DNA from: Leptospira sp.
Lineage (GTDB): Bacteria; Spirochaetota; Leptospiria; Leptospirales; Leptospiraceae
Reading direction: 5' to 3'
Assembly: GCA_034439575.1 (NCBI GenBank)
Contig: JAWXAQ010000015.1
Coordinates: 176,705-240,704, forward strand
DNA: 64,000 bases
A program made the translations under genes and the position numbers. Shown one piece after another: positions 37,298-46,647 of the stretch. Under the pieces are notes generated by a model. It was not told the origin of the DNA. It worked only from the letters and a program-made list of their open reading frames with translations, and searched no databases. Position 1 is the stretch's first letter. Each line of letters begins with the position of its first letter.

Positions 37298-38739
37298 GTG
37301 GTGTTTTCGAAGAAGAACATGAAGCCTGGAGCCAAATCCAAGAGGCTCTCAAACAACCAAACCTCAATACCTCAGAATTAAAAAATCTGGCAGATACTAT
37401 GTCTGCTAGATTTGGTAACCTTTTAAAACAAACAGAAAAACTAACAAAAGTTGGCGATTCCGCACAAAATCGATTGATGCGAATCCAAAACGAATTACAA
37501 AATTCAAATTCAAAATTAGAAAAATCTATACGAAATCTCCACCTACTCTCTGAGTTAGGAAAAGTCATCACCTCTTCGTTAGACGCAAAGAAAATTTTAT
37601 CAGAATTATATAATCAACTGAAAGATGAAATGGATCTAGATATCATTTCTGTAGGAAGTTACGACCAAGAATCAGACAGCGTAAAATATAAATTCAGTCT
37701 TAACCAAGGCAGTTATGTGCCTTCGATTTTTTTAGAAAACTTAAATGAGGACAATTATTCTTCTATTTGCATTCGCGGGAATAAAGAAGTCATTTTAGAA
37801 GATTTAAACTTAGAAACACCAGAACGTATTGCAGGCCTTCGCAAACAATGGGGAGAAGAAATTCGATCTATCGTTTTTATTCCATTAAAAGTAGAAGACA
37901 GAGTTGTGGGTGTTTTCACCATTCAAAGTCGCAATGCAAATGCTTACAATTACCAACAACTCAATATTATACGATCACTTGCAAGTTATCTTGGTATTGG
38001 TCTAGATAACGCAGATGCATACCGTAGTTTATCTAAAAGAAACAAAGATCTAAAATCTTCTTTAGAGAAAGTTCGCTCATTAAATGAAAATTTGGCGCTC
38101 GAACGTCAAAAATCTGAGAATTTATTATTAAACATTTTGCCAGGTCCTATCGCAGAACGCCTCAAAAGTGGTGAAGAAATCATTGCAGACTTTTTTCAAG
38201 ATGCTTCTGTTTTATTCGCAGATATCGCGGGTTTTACTGTCCTCAGTTCCAAGATGAATGATGCGACTAAACTAGTTTCAATATTGAATGATATTTTTCG
38301 TGATTTTGATAACATCACCCAAGAGTTTGGTTTAGAAAAAATTAAAACGATTGGTGATTGTTATATGTTAGCTGGTGGAATTCCAAATGCAGCACCTGAT
38401 CACTTGGACCGCATGGCTAAAGCAGCCCTTCGTTTTTGCCATGTTTTTGAAAAAATCAAAAATGATTGGGGTCTTGATATCAATGTTCGTATTGGAATTC
38501 ATTCTGGCGAAGTAGTCGCTGGTGTGATAGGAAAGTATAAATTCGTATATGACCTCTGGGGTGATACTGTGAACATAGCTTCGCGTATGGAATCACATGG
38601 CCAAGTGGGCAGAGTGCATGTATCGAAAGAAGTTTACAATCGTTTGAAAGATAGTTATCATTTTGAAGCTCGTGGTGAAATTGACGTCAAAGGAAAAGGA
38701 AAGATGGAAACATGGTTCCTTGGCTCTACTAAAAATTAA
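37294..38739 (+). CDS. Class III adenylate cyclase with SiaD-like N-terminal coiled coil and GAF domain
   Basis: LLLNILP, LFADIAGFT, KIKTIGDCYM, YDLWGDTVNIASRMES; N-terminal EKLTKVGDSAQ. Confidence 0.9.
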   Translation: MSGVFEEEHEAWSQIQEALKQPNLNTSELKNLADTMSARFGNLLKQTEKLTKVGDSAQNRLMRIQNELQNSNSKLEKSIRNLHLLSELGKVITSSLDAKKILSELYNQLKDEMDLDIISVGSYDQESDSVKYKFSLNQGSYVPSIFLENLNEDNYSSICIRGNKEVILEDLNLETPERIAGLRKQWGEEIRSIVFIPLKVEDRVVGVFTIQSRNANAYNYQQLNIIRSLASYLGIGLDNADAYRSLSKRNKDLKSSLEKVRSLNENLALERQKSENLLLNILPGPIAERLKSGEEIIADFFQDASVLFADIAGFTVLSSKMNDATKLVSILNDIFRDFDNITQEFGLEKIKTIGDCYMLAGGIPNAAPDHLDRMAKAALRFCHVFEKIKNDWGLDINVRIGIHSGEVVAGVIGKYKFVYDLWGDTVNIASRMESHGQVGRVHVSKEVYNRLKDSYHFEARGEIDVKGKGKMETWFLGSTKN

Positions 38740-39429
38740 TTAAGTTTGAACTTTTATCCCTATTTGAATCAACCGTAATAGAGCAACTAACTGTTGCTCT
38801 ATTTTTTTGACATCTTCCTCAGTTTTTGCAGATCGGATGTTCCTTTCGTTTAAGTTAGCAAAACCATGAACAGCACTCCAAACGGACATAGATAATGTTT
38901 CTGCATCATCATCTTTTTTAAAAACCCCTCTCTCTTGCCCAAGAGCTATGATATCGTAAAGACCCATATATGCCTCGCGACCTACAATGGAAAGCTCTTC
39001 GGGAACAGGTCCTTCTAAATAAATTTCACCACTAAACATAAGTTCGGTGCGTCTTGGATTTTTCCAAGCCAATCTTATATAATTCTCACCAGCCTGATTT
39101 AATTTTACAATAGGATCGTCACTGAGATTCCAAGCATCTCGCAAGGTATCTCTCAATTCTTTGAAACCCAGGGAAGTGATGGCATAAAGAAGATCTATTT
39201 TCTTAGGAAAATGGCGGTATGGTGCCGTATGACTCACACCAATAGCTGCCGCGACATCACGTAAACTAAGATTATAAACACCGCGTGCCTCCAAAAATTC
39301 GCAAGATTTAATTAAAACTAGATTTCGAAGGTCCCCATGATGATAATTTGCCTCTATTAATTGTCCTTTGGATTTTGCCTTTTTTGTTTGAGAGATTAGG
39401 GATTTTTTTTTAGTAATATTTTTTTTCAT
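38740..39429 (-). CDS. TetR family regulator (WHG-type C-terminus)
   Basis: YHHGDLR, LSLRDVA..GVSHTAPYRHF, WSAVHG. Confidence 0.92.
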   Translation of the reverse strand: MKKNITKKKSLISQTKKAKSKGQLIEANYHHGDLRNLVLIKSCEFLEARGVYNLSLRDVAAAIGVSHTAPYRHFPKKIDLLYAITSLGFKELRDTLRDAWNLSDDPIVKLNQAGENYIRLAWKNPRRTELMFSGEIYLEGPVPEELSIVGREAYMGLYDIIALGQERGVFKKDDDAETLSMSVWSAVHGFANLNERNIRSAKTEEDVKKIEQQLVALLRLIQIGIKVQT

Positions 39430-39432
39430 TCT

Positions 39433-39494
39433 ATATATACACTGTATACATTATTTGTTGACAATGGAAACATCTATGTTTACACTGTATATAA
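39433..39494. promoter_or_regulatory. Three tandem 19-bp pseudo-palindromic operators overlapping a sigma70 promoter
   Basis: ATATATACACTGTATACAT (39433), TTGTTGACAATGGAAACAT (39455), ATGTTTACACTGTATATAA (39476); TTGACA 39458 + 17 nt + TACACT 39481. Confidence 0.75.
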
Positions 39495-39567
39495 AGTAAA
39501 TTTTCATTTCCGGCGATGTCAATCCAAATTCATAACAGGAAATTAAAGCCGAACCTAAGGAGTCTAT

Positions 39568-40530
39568 ATGCGTATTTTAAATTTTCCCCCTTTAAGTGAT
39601 CCAAGATCGGCCAATTATTGGAATCTGATTTTTATGTTCATTTTCACATGTATTCTGATACCACTCAATCTTTTTGATCAGAGCCTTATTTCTGGTGCCC
39701 CAAAATGGATCAAACCATTGAAGTTTTCTATGTCAATCGGTCTCTACTCCATCACATTTCTTTGGATACTCCAATTTATGAATCTGAAAGACAAATGGTT
39801 AACAAGAATTTCTTGGACGATTACAATCACACTGATCATAGAAATGATAGCCATTTTCGGTCAAGTGGTGAGAGGTGAGGCGAGTCATTTCAATATATCC
39901 TCTCCGCTAAATGGATTTATTTTTTCGATCATGGGTACAAGTATAGGAATTATGTGGTTTGCCCATCTAAGTGTAGGTATTTACATATTTCGCCTAAAGA
40001 AGATTAACTCATACCTTAGAGAATCATTGTTATGGGGGATTTGTATTTCTGCATATGGAATGATAATCGGTTTTTTTATGACAGTACCAAGACCAGAACA
40101 AATTGAACTTATGCAACAAGGAATCATGCAAGTGAATGGAGGCCACAGCTTTGGTGCGCCAGACGGGGGTGTAGGTGTTTTATTTTTGGGATGGAGTACT
40201 GTTGCGGGTGATATGCGAGTTCCGCATTTTTTTGGAATGCATGCGATCCAATTTTTTTCTATCCTATCAATTTTCAAATTAGGACTAAAACCCGAAACTT
40301 CAATAGAAAAAATAAATCGAACAGGCCTTAGATTCATGGCCATGGCTTGGTTTGCCATATCCATACTTATGACCATCCAAGCATTAAATGGTGAATCAAT
40401 ATTTAGAACCAGTCAGAATTTTCTAATTGGGTATATAATATCTGGAATCATTGGTATTATTGGAATGGTTTTAAATACTCAAAAATTCAATTTTTTCTTA
40501 AATTCAAATAACAAAACAAAGGTGGCATAA
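39568..40530 (+). CDS. Conserved multi-pass membrane protein
   Basis: WIKPLKF, RGEASHFN, GDMRVPHFFGMHAIQ; AAGGAG RBS. Confidence 0.75.
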   Translation: MRILNFPPLSDPRSANYWNLIFMFIFTCILIPLNLFDQSLISGAPKWIKPLKFSMSIGLYSITFLWILQFMNLKDKWLTRISWTITITLIIEMIAIFGQVVRGEASHFNISSPLNGFIFSIMGTSIGIMWFAHLSVGIYIFRLKKINSYLRESLLWGICISAYGMIIGFFMTVPRPEQIELMQQGIMQVNGGHSFGAPDGGVGVLFLGWSTVAGDMRVPHFFGMHAIQFFSILSIFKLGLKPETSIEKINRTGLRFMAMAWFAISILMTIQALNGESIFRTSQNFLIGYIISGIIGIIGMVLNTQKFNFFLNSNNKTKVA

Positions 40531-40531
40531 A

Positions 40532-40969
40532 ATGAATGCATCACAAATTTTTCAAATCGTAAATCCATTAGCTGGAATGGCATGGATACTTCTAATTGTC
40601 ATTCCAAATTGGAAGTATACAAAATTGATAACTTCTGTTATCTTACCTGCATTAATTTTTGCAGGGATTTATGTTTTTTCCTTGGGCCTTTCTTTTGGTC
40701 ATTCTGAAGGCGGATTTGGTAGTTTGGAAGAAGTTCGAAGTTTATTCGCGAACGACAACGCATTACTTGCCGGTTGGATTCACTACCTAGCTTTTGATTT
40801 ATTTGTAGGAACTTGGGAGATGGAAGACTCTCAAAAGAATGGTATCTCAAGATTTATTGTCGCCCCATGTATGTTTTTAACATTTATGTTTGGTCCGACA
40901 GGTCTATTGTGTTATACGGTGATCAAATTGATAATAAAAAAAAATCTATCATCCTCCATAAACGTCTAG
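40532..40969 (+). CDS. ABA4-like (DUF4281) membrane protein
   Basis: LAGWIHYLAFDLFVG and LTFMFGPTGLL. Confidence 0.85.
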   Translation: MNASQIFQIVNPLAGMAWILLIVIPNWKYTKLITSVILPALIFAGIYVFSLGLSFGHSEGGFGSLEEVRSLFANDNALLAGWIHYLAFDLFVGTWEMEDSQKNGISRFIVAPCMFLTFMFGPTGLLCYTVIKLIIKKNLSSSINV

Positions 40970-42625
40970 TAAGGATATAATTCTTTCGTATCTTCCTAGT
41001 TTCTCTTCATCTCCTTCTAATTCCGCGATCTCAAGTTCTTCCAGAGCTAGGTCGCGGCCAGTTTTTCCATCCTTATTCTTAAGATTTGCCTTTGCACCCG
41101 ATTCTAGTAATAAAGCTAATATGGCAGAGTGTCCAAATTTGCAACTTTCGTGTAGGGACGAATTGTTATTGAAATCTAAAATATCAACGATAGCTCCAGC
41201 TTGGATTAATTTTTTTGCAAGCGATGGTTCCCCAAAAAGGGCGCACCAATGTAAGGCGGCCATTCGATTTTCTGATTGGTGATTCACGTCTATTCCAAGA
41301 CTTATGAAAGTATCCAAAATCGAAAGTTTATCTTGAAGGTGCATTTGACTATTTTGACAAAGTTTAAAGACCGCAGTCTCACCTACAGTGTTTTGATAAT
41401 TTGGATCAGCACCTGCTTCTAACAAAAGCTTGGCGCAATGAAAACCATCTCCAGAAACTGCTTCTTCGAGCAATGAAAAACCCAATGGATTACTGTCTTC
41501 ATCGTCCTTTACATAATTGGGCGAAAAACCTGATTCTAAGAGTGCCGCTAGACTTTCAGCATCATCCCTTGTGATCATAGTAACAGGGTCTTTAGGAATT
41601 ACGATGCGATGGGAGATATCATCTAGGATTTCCTGGATTTCTTTGGGGTATCTTTTTTTTAAAATTTGAATGTAACTTTCATTTTTATGAGGAGAGCTTT
41701 TTATTTTTTTCTTTAAAGTAATCCAAAAGATCTCTTCGACGATCACTTGATTTGCGATCATAAAAACAATCGCTTCGTTCAATGTTTTTTCAAAAAGCGG
41801 TATCTCAAATAAAATGTTTTCTTGTAAGAATTTTAAATTTTGATCTTCGTTTGTATCATCATTTCTCCAAACATTGATTAGATCTAAAAAAATATCACTT
41901 TTTTCTTTTTCAGTAAGTCGATTAAAACTATCTTGAACATCAAAAATATTTCCAGAAATAAGTAATACTTTTGACGTTAGTTGGTGTGAAATGTTTTGTG
42001 GAAGAACAACTTTGTTTGCACTATCAATAGTAAAATCTACTATAATAATTTTTGTCGCATGAAATGATCCAAAAATATAACTGTTATGTGAATCAGGAAT
42101 CGCTAAATAAATTTTTCCTATCACTTCATGTGGGGAATCTTCCTCGATAAATATGGAAAGTCTATAAGCGGCATGTGCTTTATAGATGTCTGATACATTT
42201 AATTCACGATTTAGATTTGGTGGGTCACTGGGTTGAATATCAAATTGAAGGCCTTTTAATTTCTTCGCATCGCTAATTCCTGTGATCGAAATGAAATGTT
42301 TGGGATTTATGATATCTGATTCATGGATTGGTAAAAATAACACTCGTTTGGCAAACCAATAAACATTAAAACTTTCTATAGATTGGCCACTCAAATGACC
42401 AGAAATATAATTGTCTGGTATCGATTGATTGAAATCCAAATCGAATGAAATCTCTTTTTTTGAGATTTGATTTTCAGTCTTAATAGAAGATACGGTTACA
42501 ACAAAAGAAAAAGGTGTATGTGCTCGACAACGTATACATCGAAATTTTCCTTTTTTGCCATTCACCTTCTCTTCTGAAATTTCATGGTCGGCTAGGCAAT
42601 GTTGGCATCGCAATAATACTTTCAT
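40949..42625 (-). CDS. Ankyrin-repeat protein with N-terminal zinc ribbon
   Basis: CQHC...CIRC; ankyrin repeats (LLLEAGADPN, ALHWCA, SLHESC..GH). Confidence 0.82.
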   Translation of the reverse strand: MKVLLRCQHCLADHEISEEKVNGKKGKFRCIRCRAHTPFSFVVTVSSIKTENQISKKEISFDLDFNQSIPDNYISGHLSGQSIESFNVYWFAKRVLFLPIHESDIINPKHFISITGISDAKKLKGLQFDIQPSDPPNLNRELNVSDIYKAHAAYRLSIFIEEDSPHEVIGKIYLAIPDSHNSYIFGSFHATKIIIVDFTIDSANKVVLPQNISHQLTSKVLLISGNIFDVQDSFNRLTEKEKSDIFLDLINVWRNDDTNEDQNLKFLQENILFEIPLFEKTLNEAIVFMIANQVIVEEIFWITLKKKIKSSPHKNESYIQILKKRYPKEIQEILDDISHRIVIPKDPVTMITRDDAESLAALLESGFSPNYVKDDEDSNPLGFSLLEEAVSGDGFHCAKLLLEAGADPNYQNTVGETAVFKLCQNSQMHLQDKLSILDTFISLGIDVNHQSENRMAALHWCALFGEPSLAKKLIQAGAIVDILDFNNNSSLHESCKFGHSAILALLLESGAKANLKNKDGKTGRDLALEELEIAELEGDEEKLGRYERIISLLDVYGG

Positions 42626-42718
42626 ACGAGGTTGTCTTAAATATAAGAATTGTTACTAAGAAGGAATCAATCTAAATTTGTCTTAGATGAAATTAGGTCA
42701 GAGAAAAAGGAAAGATTT

Positions 42719-43543
42719 ATGAGCGAAAATAAATATCTTGTGATCGGTGGTGCTGGAGAGGCTGGACAAAGTGCAATAGAATACTTTCGAAAAAATGACA
42801 AAAACTGTCTCATCATTAGTACTACATCAGAGAATTCGAATATTTCTGGTGCTGATGTCATTCTGACCCATATAAAGGCAAATGAAGATATCGTTGAAAA
42901 TATCCAATCACAACTTGAAGACAAACTTCTTTCTGGAATTTTTCATACTATAGTTTATACGCCTGCCCTCGGAGAGGTAGGGTATCCAATTCGACAAACC
43001 ACAAAAGATGCCCTTGAAGTGGCCCTAGGTATATCGTATTATCCAATGTTAGAACTTGAAAAATTTTACACACCTAAATTCACAATAGCTTATTCCGCCT
43101 TTTATTGGTTATCTCATACACTTGCATTTTATGGAAGTATGGGTTTTGTTAAATTAAGAATGGATGAATGGGCATTGGCTTCACCAACAAATCGAAGAAT
43201 CATTCGAGCTGGAACATTTTATTCAAAGAGTGTTCGGGGTATCTCGATTGTATTACAAAGAACTATGAAAACTACGACAGATCCTGATCTTATAAAATTA
43301 AAAACAGCATTTAACGAATCAGGAAAAAAATTCCAAGACTTCTTTCTGGATTATGCATGGAAACATGAAAAAGAATATTTTTCAAATCCCGGTTTTAAAC
43401 AAGCCTATCGACCAACAAATCGTGAAGACCTAACGCGAGGCCTTGGGAATGCGATGAATACCGATGCCCCAATCACAACTGTATTAGGTGATTGGGAATG
43501 GAATGAAAACAAACTTCCTGATCTTCCAGAATGGTTTAAATAA
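42719..43543 (+). CDS. Atypical Rossmann-fold SDR, divergent FabI-like enoyl reductase
   Basis: GGAGEAG, YGSMGFVK (Y-x6-K), IRAG..SKSVRGI; ATG start at 42719 preferred. Confidence 0.6.
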   Translation: MSENKYLVIGGAGEAGQSAIEYFRKNDKNCLIISTTSENSNISGADVILTHIKANEDIVENIQSQLEDKLLSGIFHTIVYTPALGEVGYPIRQTTKDALEVALGISYYPMLELEKFYTPKFTIAYSAFYWLSHTLAFYGSMGFVKLRMDEWALASPTNRRIIRAGTFYSKSVRGISIVLQRTMKTTTDPDLIKLKTAFNESGKKFQDFFLDYAWKHEKEYFSNPGFKQAYRPTNREDLTRGLGNAMNTDAPITTVLGDWEWNENKLPDLPEWFK

Positions 43544-43619
43544 TTTAAAAATTTAAATTTGACACTGCTCTAAATGGAATCCAAATATAAACAACAGCTA
43601 CATTATTATCTCTTCAAAT

Positions 43620-45152
43620 ATGAATTTAAAATTTCTTAAGATAAAAAAAAATACCCTTCCCTATTTATTATTTGGAATCACCATACTTTCAGCTATCCCC
43701 TTTATCGTGATTGAATTGTTCCATAATACTTTATACACAGTTATGGATGTACCTTCCTATTTGTTATTTCATAATATTGCTGAATTTTTCAGTGTGATGG
43801 TATCATTTTCCATATTTGGAATAGGATGGTATTCATTTCATCAATCAAAGGACAAACACGCCCTTTTTTTGAGCTTATCATTTTTATTAATCGGGTTTAT
43901 AGATTTTTCGCATACACTTGGCTATACGGGTATGCCTGATCTTATCACAGTGAATTCCCCAAACAAATCTACACAATTCTGGGTCATTGCTAGAAATTTT
44001 TCTGGATTGCTCCTCCTAGCGAGTGCATTTATTTATCCAAATAGTTATAGTAAATTATTAACAAAATCCGTTTTATTAACCATAACTATCTCTCTTTCAA
44101 TCTTTATTTTTTTAGCGATTACATTTTATCAATCAGAACTTCCAAGAACTTATATAGTCGGGATAGGCCTCACTCCTTTAAAAAAATATGCTGAATATTT
44201 TTCGATTTTCCTATATTTTCTCTGCTTCATTGCATACTTTCGAAGATTTCAATTAACATTTAACAAAACGATTATTTATTTTTTATCTGCATTCATAGTA
44301 AGCATCTTTAGTGAATTGGTATTTGTTGGATACCAAAGTGTTTTTGACACTTACAATGTCTTAGGTCACATATATAAAATCATAGCTTACTATCTTATAT
44401 ATAATGGAATCTTTGTAGCTACCATTAATTTACCGTATAACAAACTCAGAAAAGTGAACCAAAAAATAAACGGGGAAATTTCTAGGCATCTCATTGCAAA
44501 GGAAAATTTATCAAAGTCTCTTCGCGAAAAGGAGACCCTAATCAAAGAATTATATCACCGTACAAAAAATACTCTCCAACTCATTCGTAGTATGGTACAT
44601 ATTCAAGCGGGACAATTGGAGCCAAATAAAGATATAGATACTCTCATAAGCAAAACAGATGAACGAATCCAATCCATTTCCCTAGTCCATCAAATGTTGT
44701 ACAATTCGAAAGATTTATCAAAGATAAATATCAAAGAATATATCATGGAACTGACTATATTAATCAAAAAGAGTTTTATCATAAACGAAGATCAAATTCA
44801 AATTGAAATGATAGTAGAAGAACATAATTTGCTTTTGGACACTGCGATACCTTTTGGTTTAATTCTAACAGAGCTGTTAACGAATTCCCTGAAATATGCT
44901 TTTCCGTTTAACCAAAAAGGGAAAATTTCTATAATGTTGAAAATGCTTGGCAACACACTTCACTTTTCTTACAAAGACAATGGCGTTGGTTTTAAAATGG
45001 AAAAGCAAGAAATTGACTCATCAAGTCTCGGTCTAAAGTTGGTTGAAACTTTAGCGAAAGAACAAATGCATGGAAATTTCCAAATGAATTCCCATCCAGG
45101 ATTTAATTTCGAATTTGAATTTGCTACGGACTTATATCAAGCGAGAGTCTAA
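43620..45152 (+). CDS. MASE3-domain sensor histidine kinase (HisKA_2)
   Basis: FHNIAEFFS, DFSHTLGYTGMP, NVLGHIYK; ELYHRTKNTLQ, ELLTNSLKYAF, DNGVG. Confidence 0.88.
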   Translation: MNLKFLKIKKNTLPYLLFGITILSAIPFIVIELFHNTLYTVMDVPSYLLFHNIAEFFSVMVSFSIFGIGWYSFHQSKDKHALFLSLSFLLIGFIDFSHTLGYTGMPDLITVNSPNKSTQFWVIARNFSGLLLLASAFIYPNSYSKLLTKSVLLTITISLSIFIFLAITFYQSELPRTYIVGIGLTPLKKYAEYFSIFLYFLCFIAYFRRFQLTFNKTIIYFLSAFIVSIFSELVFVGYQSVFDTYNVLGHIYKIIAYYLIYNGIFVATINLPYNKLRKVNQKINGEISRHLIAKENLSKSLREKETLIKELYHRTKNTLQLIRSMVHIQAGQLEPNKDIDTLISKTDERIQSISLVHQMLYNSKDLSKINIKEYIMELTILIKKSFIINEDQIQIEMIVEEHNLLLDTAIPFGLILTELLTNSLKYAFPFNQKGKISIMLKMLGNTLHFSYKDNGVGFKMEKQEIDSSSLGLKLVETLAKEQMHGNFQMNSHPGFNFEFEFATDLYQARV

Positions 45153-45153
45153 C

Positions 45154-45528
45154 TTGTATTCAAACTTGAAAGTTTTATTAGTAGAAGACGAAGCTCTCAC
45201 AGCTATGTATATGCAAAAGGAGCTCAAAAGAGAAGGATTTACGATTACAAGAACGGTAAGCACTGGCGAAAACGCGATTTCTACTGCTCTTTTGGAAAAA
45301 CCTGATCTCATATTAATGGATATTTTGTTAGGTGGAGATATCGACGGCATTGAAGCTGCCTCTACAATTCAATCTTCGAATGAGATTCCTATTATTTTTA
45401 CTTCTGGCTATGATACTCAGGCCTTATTAAAACGAGCTTCCGTAATTAAACCACATATTTTTCTAATCAAACCGATAGAAATCACAGAGTTAACATCTGT
45501 TATGAAGTCGTTACTTATCAATAGCTAA
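45154..45528 (+). CDS. Single-domain response regulator (receiver)
   Basis: LLVEDE, PDLILMD, DGIE, IKP; TTG start right after the kinase stop (ORF open from 45115). Confidence 0.88.
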   Translation: MYSNLKVLLVEDEALTAMYMQKELKREGFTITRTVSTGENAISTALLEKPDLILMDILLGGDIDGIEAASTIQSSNEIPIIFTSGYDTQALLKRASVIKPHIFLIKPIEITELTSVMKSLLINS

Positions 45529-45655
45529 TTAATTTCCCTAATTTTTATTCAAAACATATTATTGCAAAATCGCTTTGTATAAGAATTTGGTATTATCATT
45601 ACACTTATTTATTTATAAAACACGATTGATAGGCAATACCTATGTTCTCTAATTT

Positions 45656-45685
45656 ATCGGATGAAAGATTAAATTTTCATCCGAT
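45656..45685. terminator. Perfect 11-bp inverted repeat between convergent genes, putative terminator
   Basis: ATCGGATGAAA-8nt-TTTCATCCGAT; U-tract is weak. Confidence 0.45.
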
Positions 45686-45697
45686 TGCAAATTTTAC

Positions 45698-46081
45698 TTA
45701 TTCAGATTTTGATTTAAAAAGTGGAGCAAACGTTTTTCGATAATAGTAGCCGATAAAACTGTTTCCTAAGACCAAAAAAATCGCAACGGGAAGTGTGGCT
45801 CTATCCAAAAAGACGTGAACAAAGAATATATTAACGATGACTGGGGAAATGAGAATTGCCGCGAAAGGCACAAATCTACCAGATAAGAATAGAACACCTA
45901 CCACTAGTTCTGTGGCCTTAACTAAGTTCAATAAATACCCAGAAGCCGCCATACCTTCATTAAATGTCTTCATATCACCTGTCAATTCTGGTTTTGGAAA
46001 TAAATCTGCAAAATATGCGACTGAACCAAAAATAAACAAAGCACCCATCAATGTCCGAACAATTACTACAGCTATTTTCAT
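45698..46081 (-). CDS. DoxX family membrane protein
   Basis: RTLMG, SGYL..LVK.TE...G, PVIVNIFFVH. Confidence 0.82.
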   Translation of the reverse strand: MKIAVVIVRTLMGALFIFGSVAYFADLFPKPELTGDMKTFNEGMAASGYLLNLVKATELVVGVLFLSGRFVPFAAILISPVIVNIFFVHVFLDRATLPVAIFLVLGNSFIGYYYRKTFAPLFKSKSE

Positions 46082-46145
46082 GCTAACCTCAAACGAATTT
46101 TATTTTTACTGTATCCTCTTCCTCCTGTTTTTTTTGCAATACGAT

Positions 46146-46568
46146 TTAATTTTTGTTACTCCCTGCTTTAGGATGTTTACGCCCTATAAATTGTTTTAAG
46201 CCAAGATCATTTTTTTCTTCCATATCTCTTTCTTGGATATCAGTAAGATATGAATCCAATTGATTAAGGCGAGATTCCCATATTTTACGATACGGTGCAA
46301 GCCACTCACTTGCGTCTTGCAAAGGTTTTGTTTGTATCTTGCAAGGACGCCATTGTGCATCTCGACTCCTTTCGACTAGACCAGCCCTTTCCAATACTTT
46401 CAAATGTTTTGAGATCGCCGGTAAACTCATTGGAAACGGATTGGCCAATTCATTCACACTTTTTTCGCCTGTCGAAAGCAATTGGAGAATGGCTCTTCTT
46501 GTAGGATCCGCCAATGCATTAAAAATCAGACTAAGAGAATCGGTATCTGTAGTTTCCTGTATTCGCAT
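46146..46568 (-). CDS. ArsR/SmtB family regulator
   Basis: FNALADPTRRAIL, SLPAISKHLKVLERAGLV; ATG start at 46568. Confidence 0.9.
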   Translation of the reverse strand: MRIQETTDTDSLSLIFNALADPTRRAILQLLSTGEKSVNELANPFPMSLPAISKHLKVLERAGLVERSRDAQWRPCKIQTKPLQDASEWLAPYRKIWESRLNQLDSYLTDIQERDMEEKNDLGLKQFIGRKHPKAGSNKN

Positions 46569-46572
46569 TTCA

Positions 46573-46596
46573 TTATTTAACTCATTGGTAAAATAA
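46573..46596. promoter_or_regulatory. Putative ArsR operator
   Basis: Imperfect palindrome TTATTTAAC-tcattg-GTAAAATAA in the divergent intergenic region. Confidence 0.5.
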
Positions 46597-46647
46597 GAAT
46601 TTACACTAAAAATGTCAATGTTAATTATGGAAAAAAAGGAGATTCCC

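Noticed and set aside
39433-39494. Mini-CRISPR or iteron array
   Set aside because: Only 2-3 nt separate the units, and they overlap a promoter next to a TetR gene, so operators explain them better
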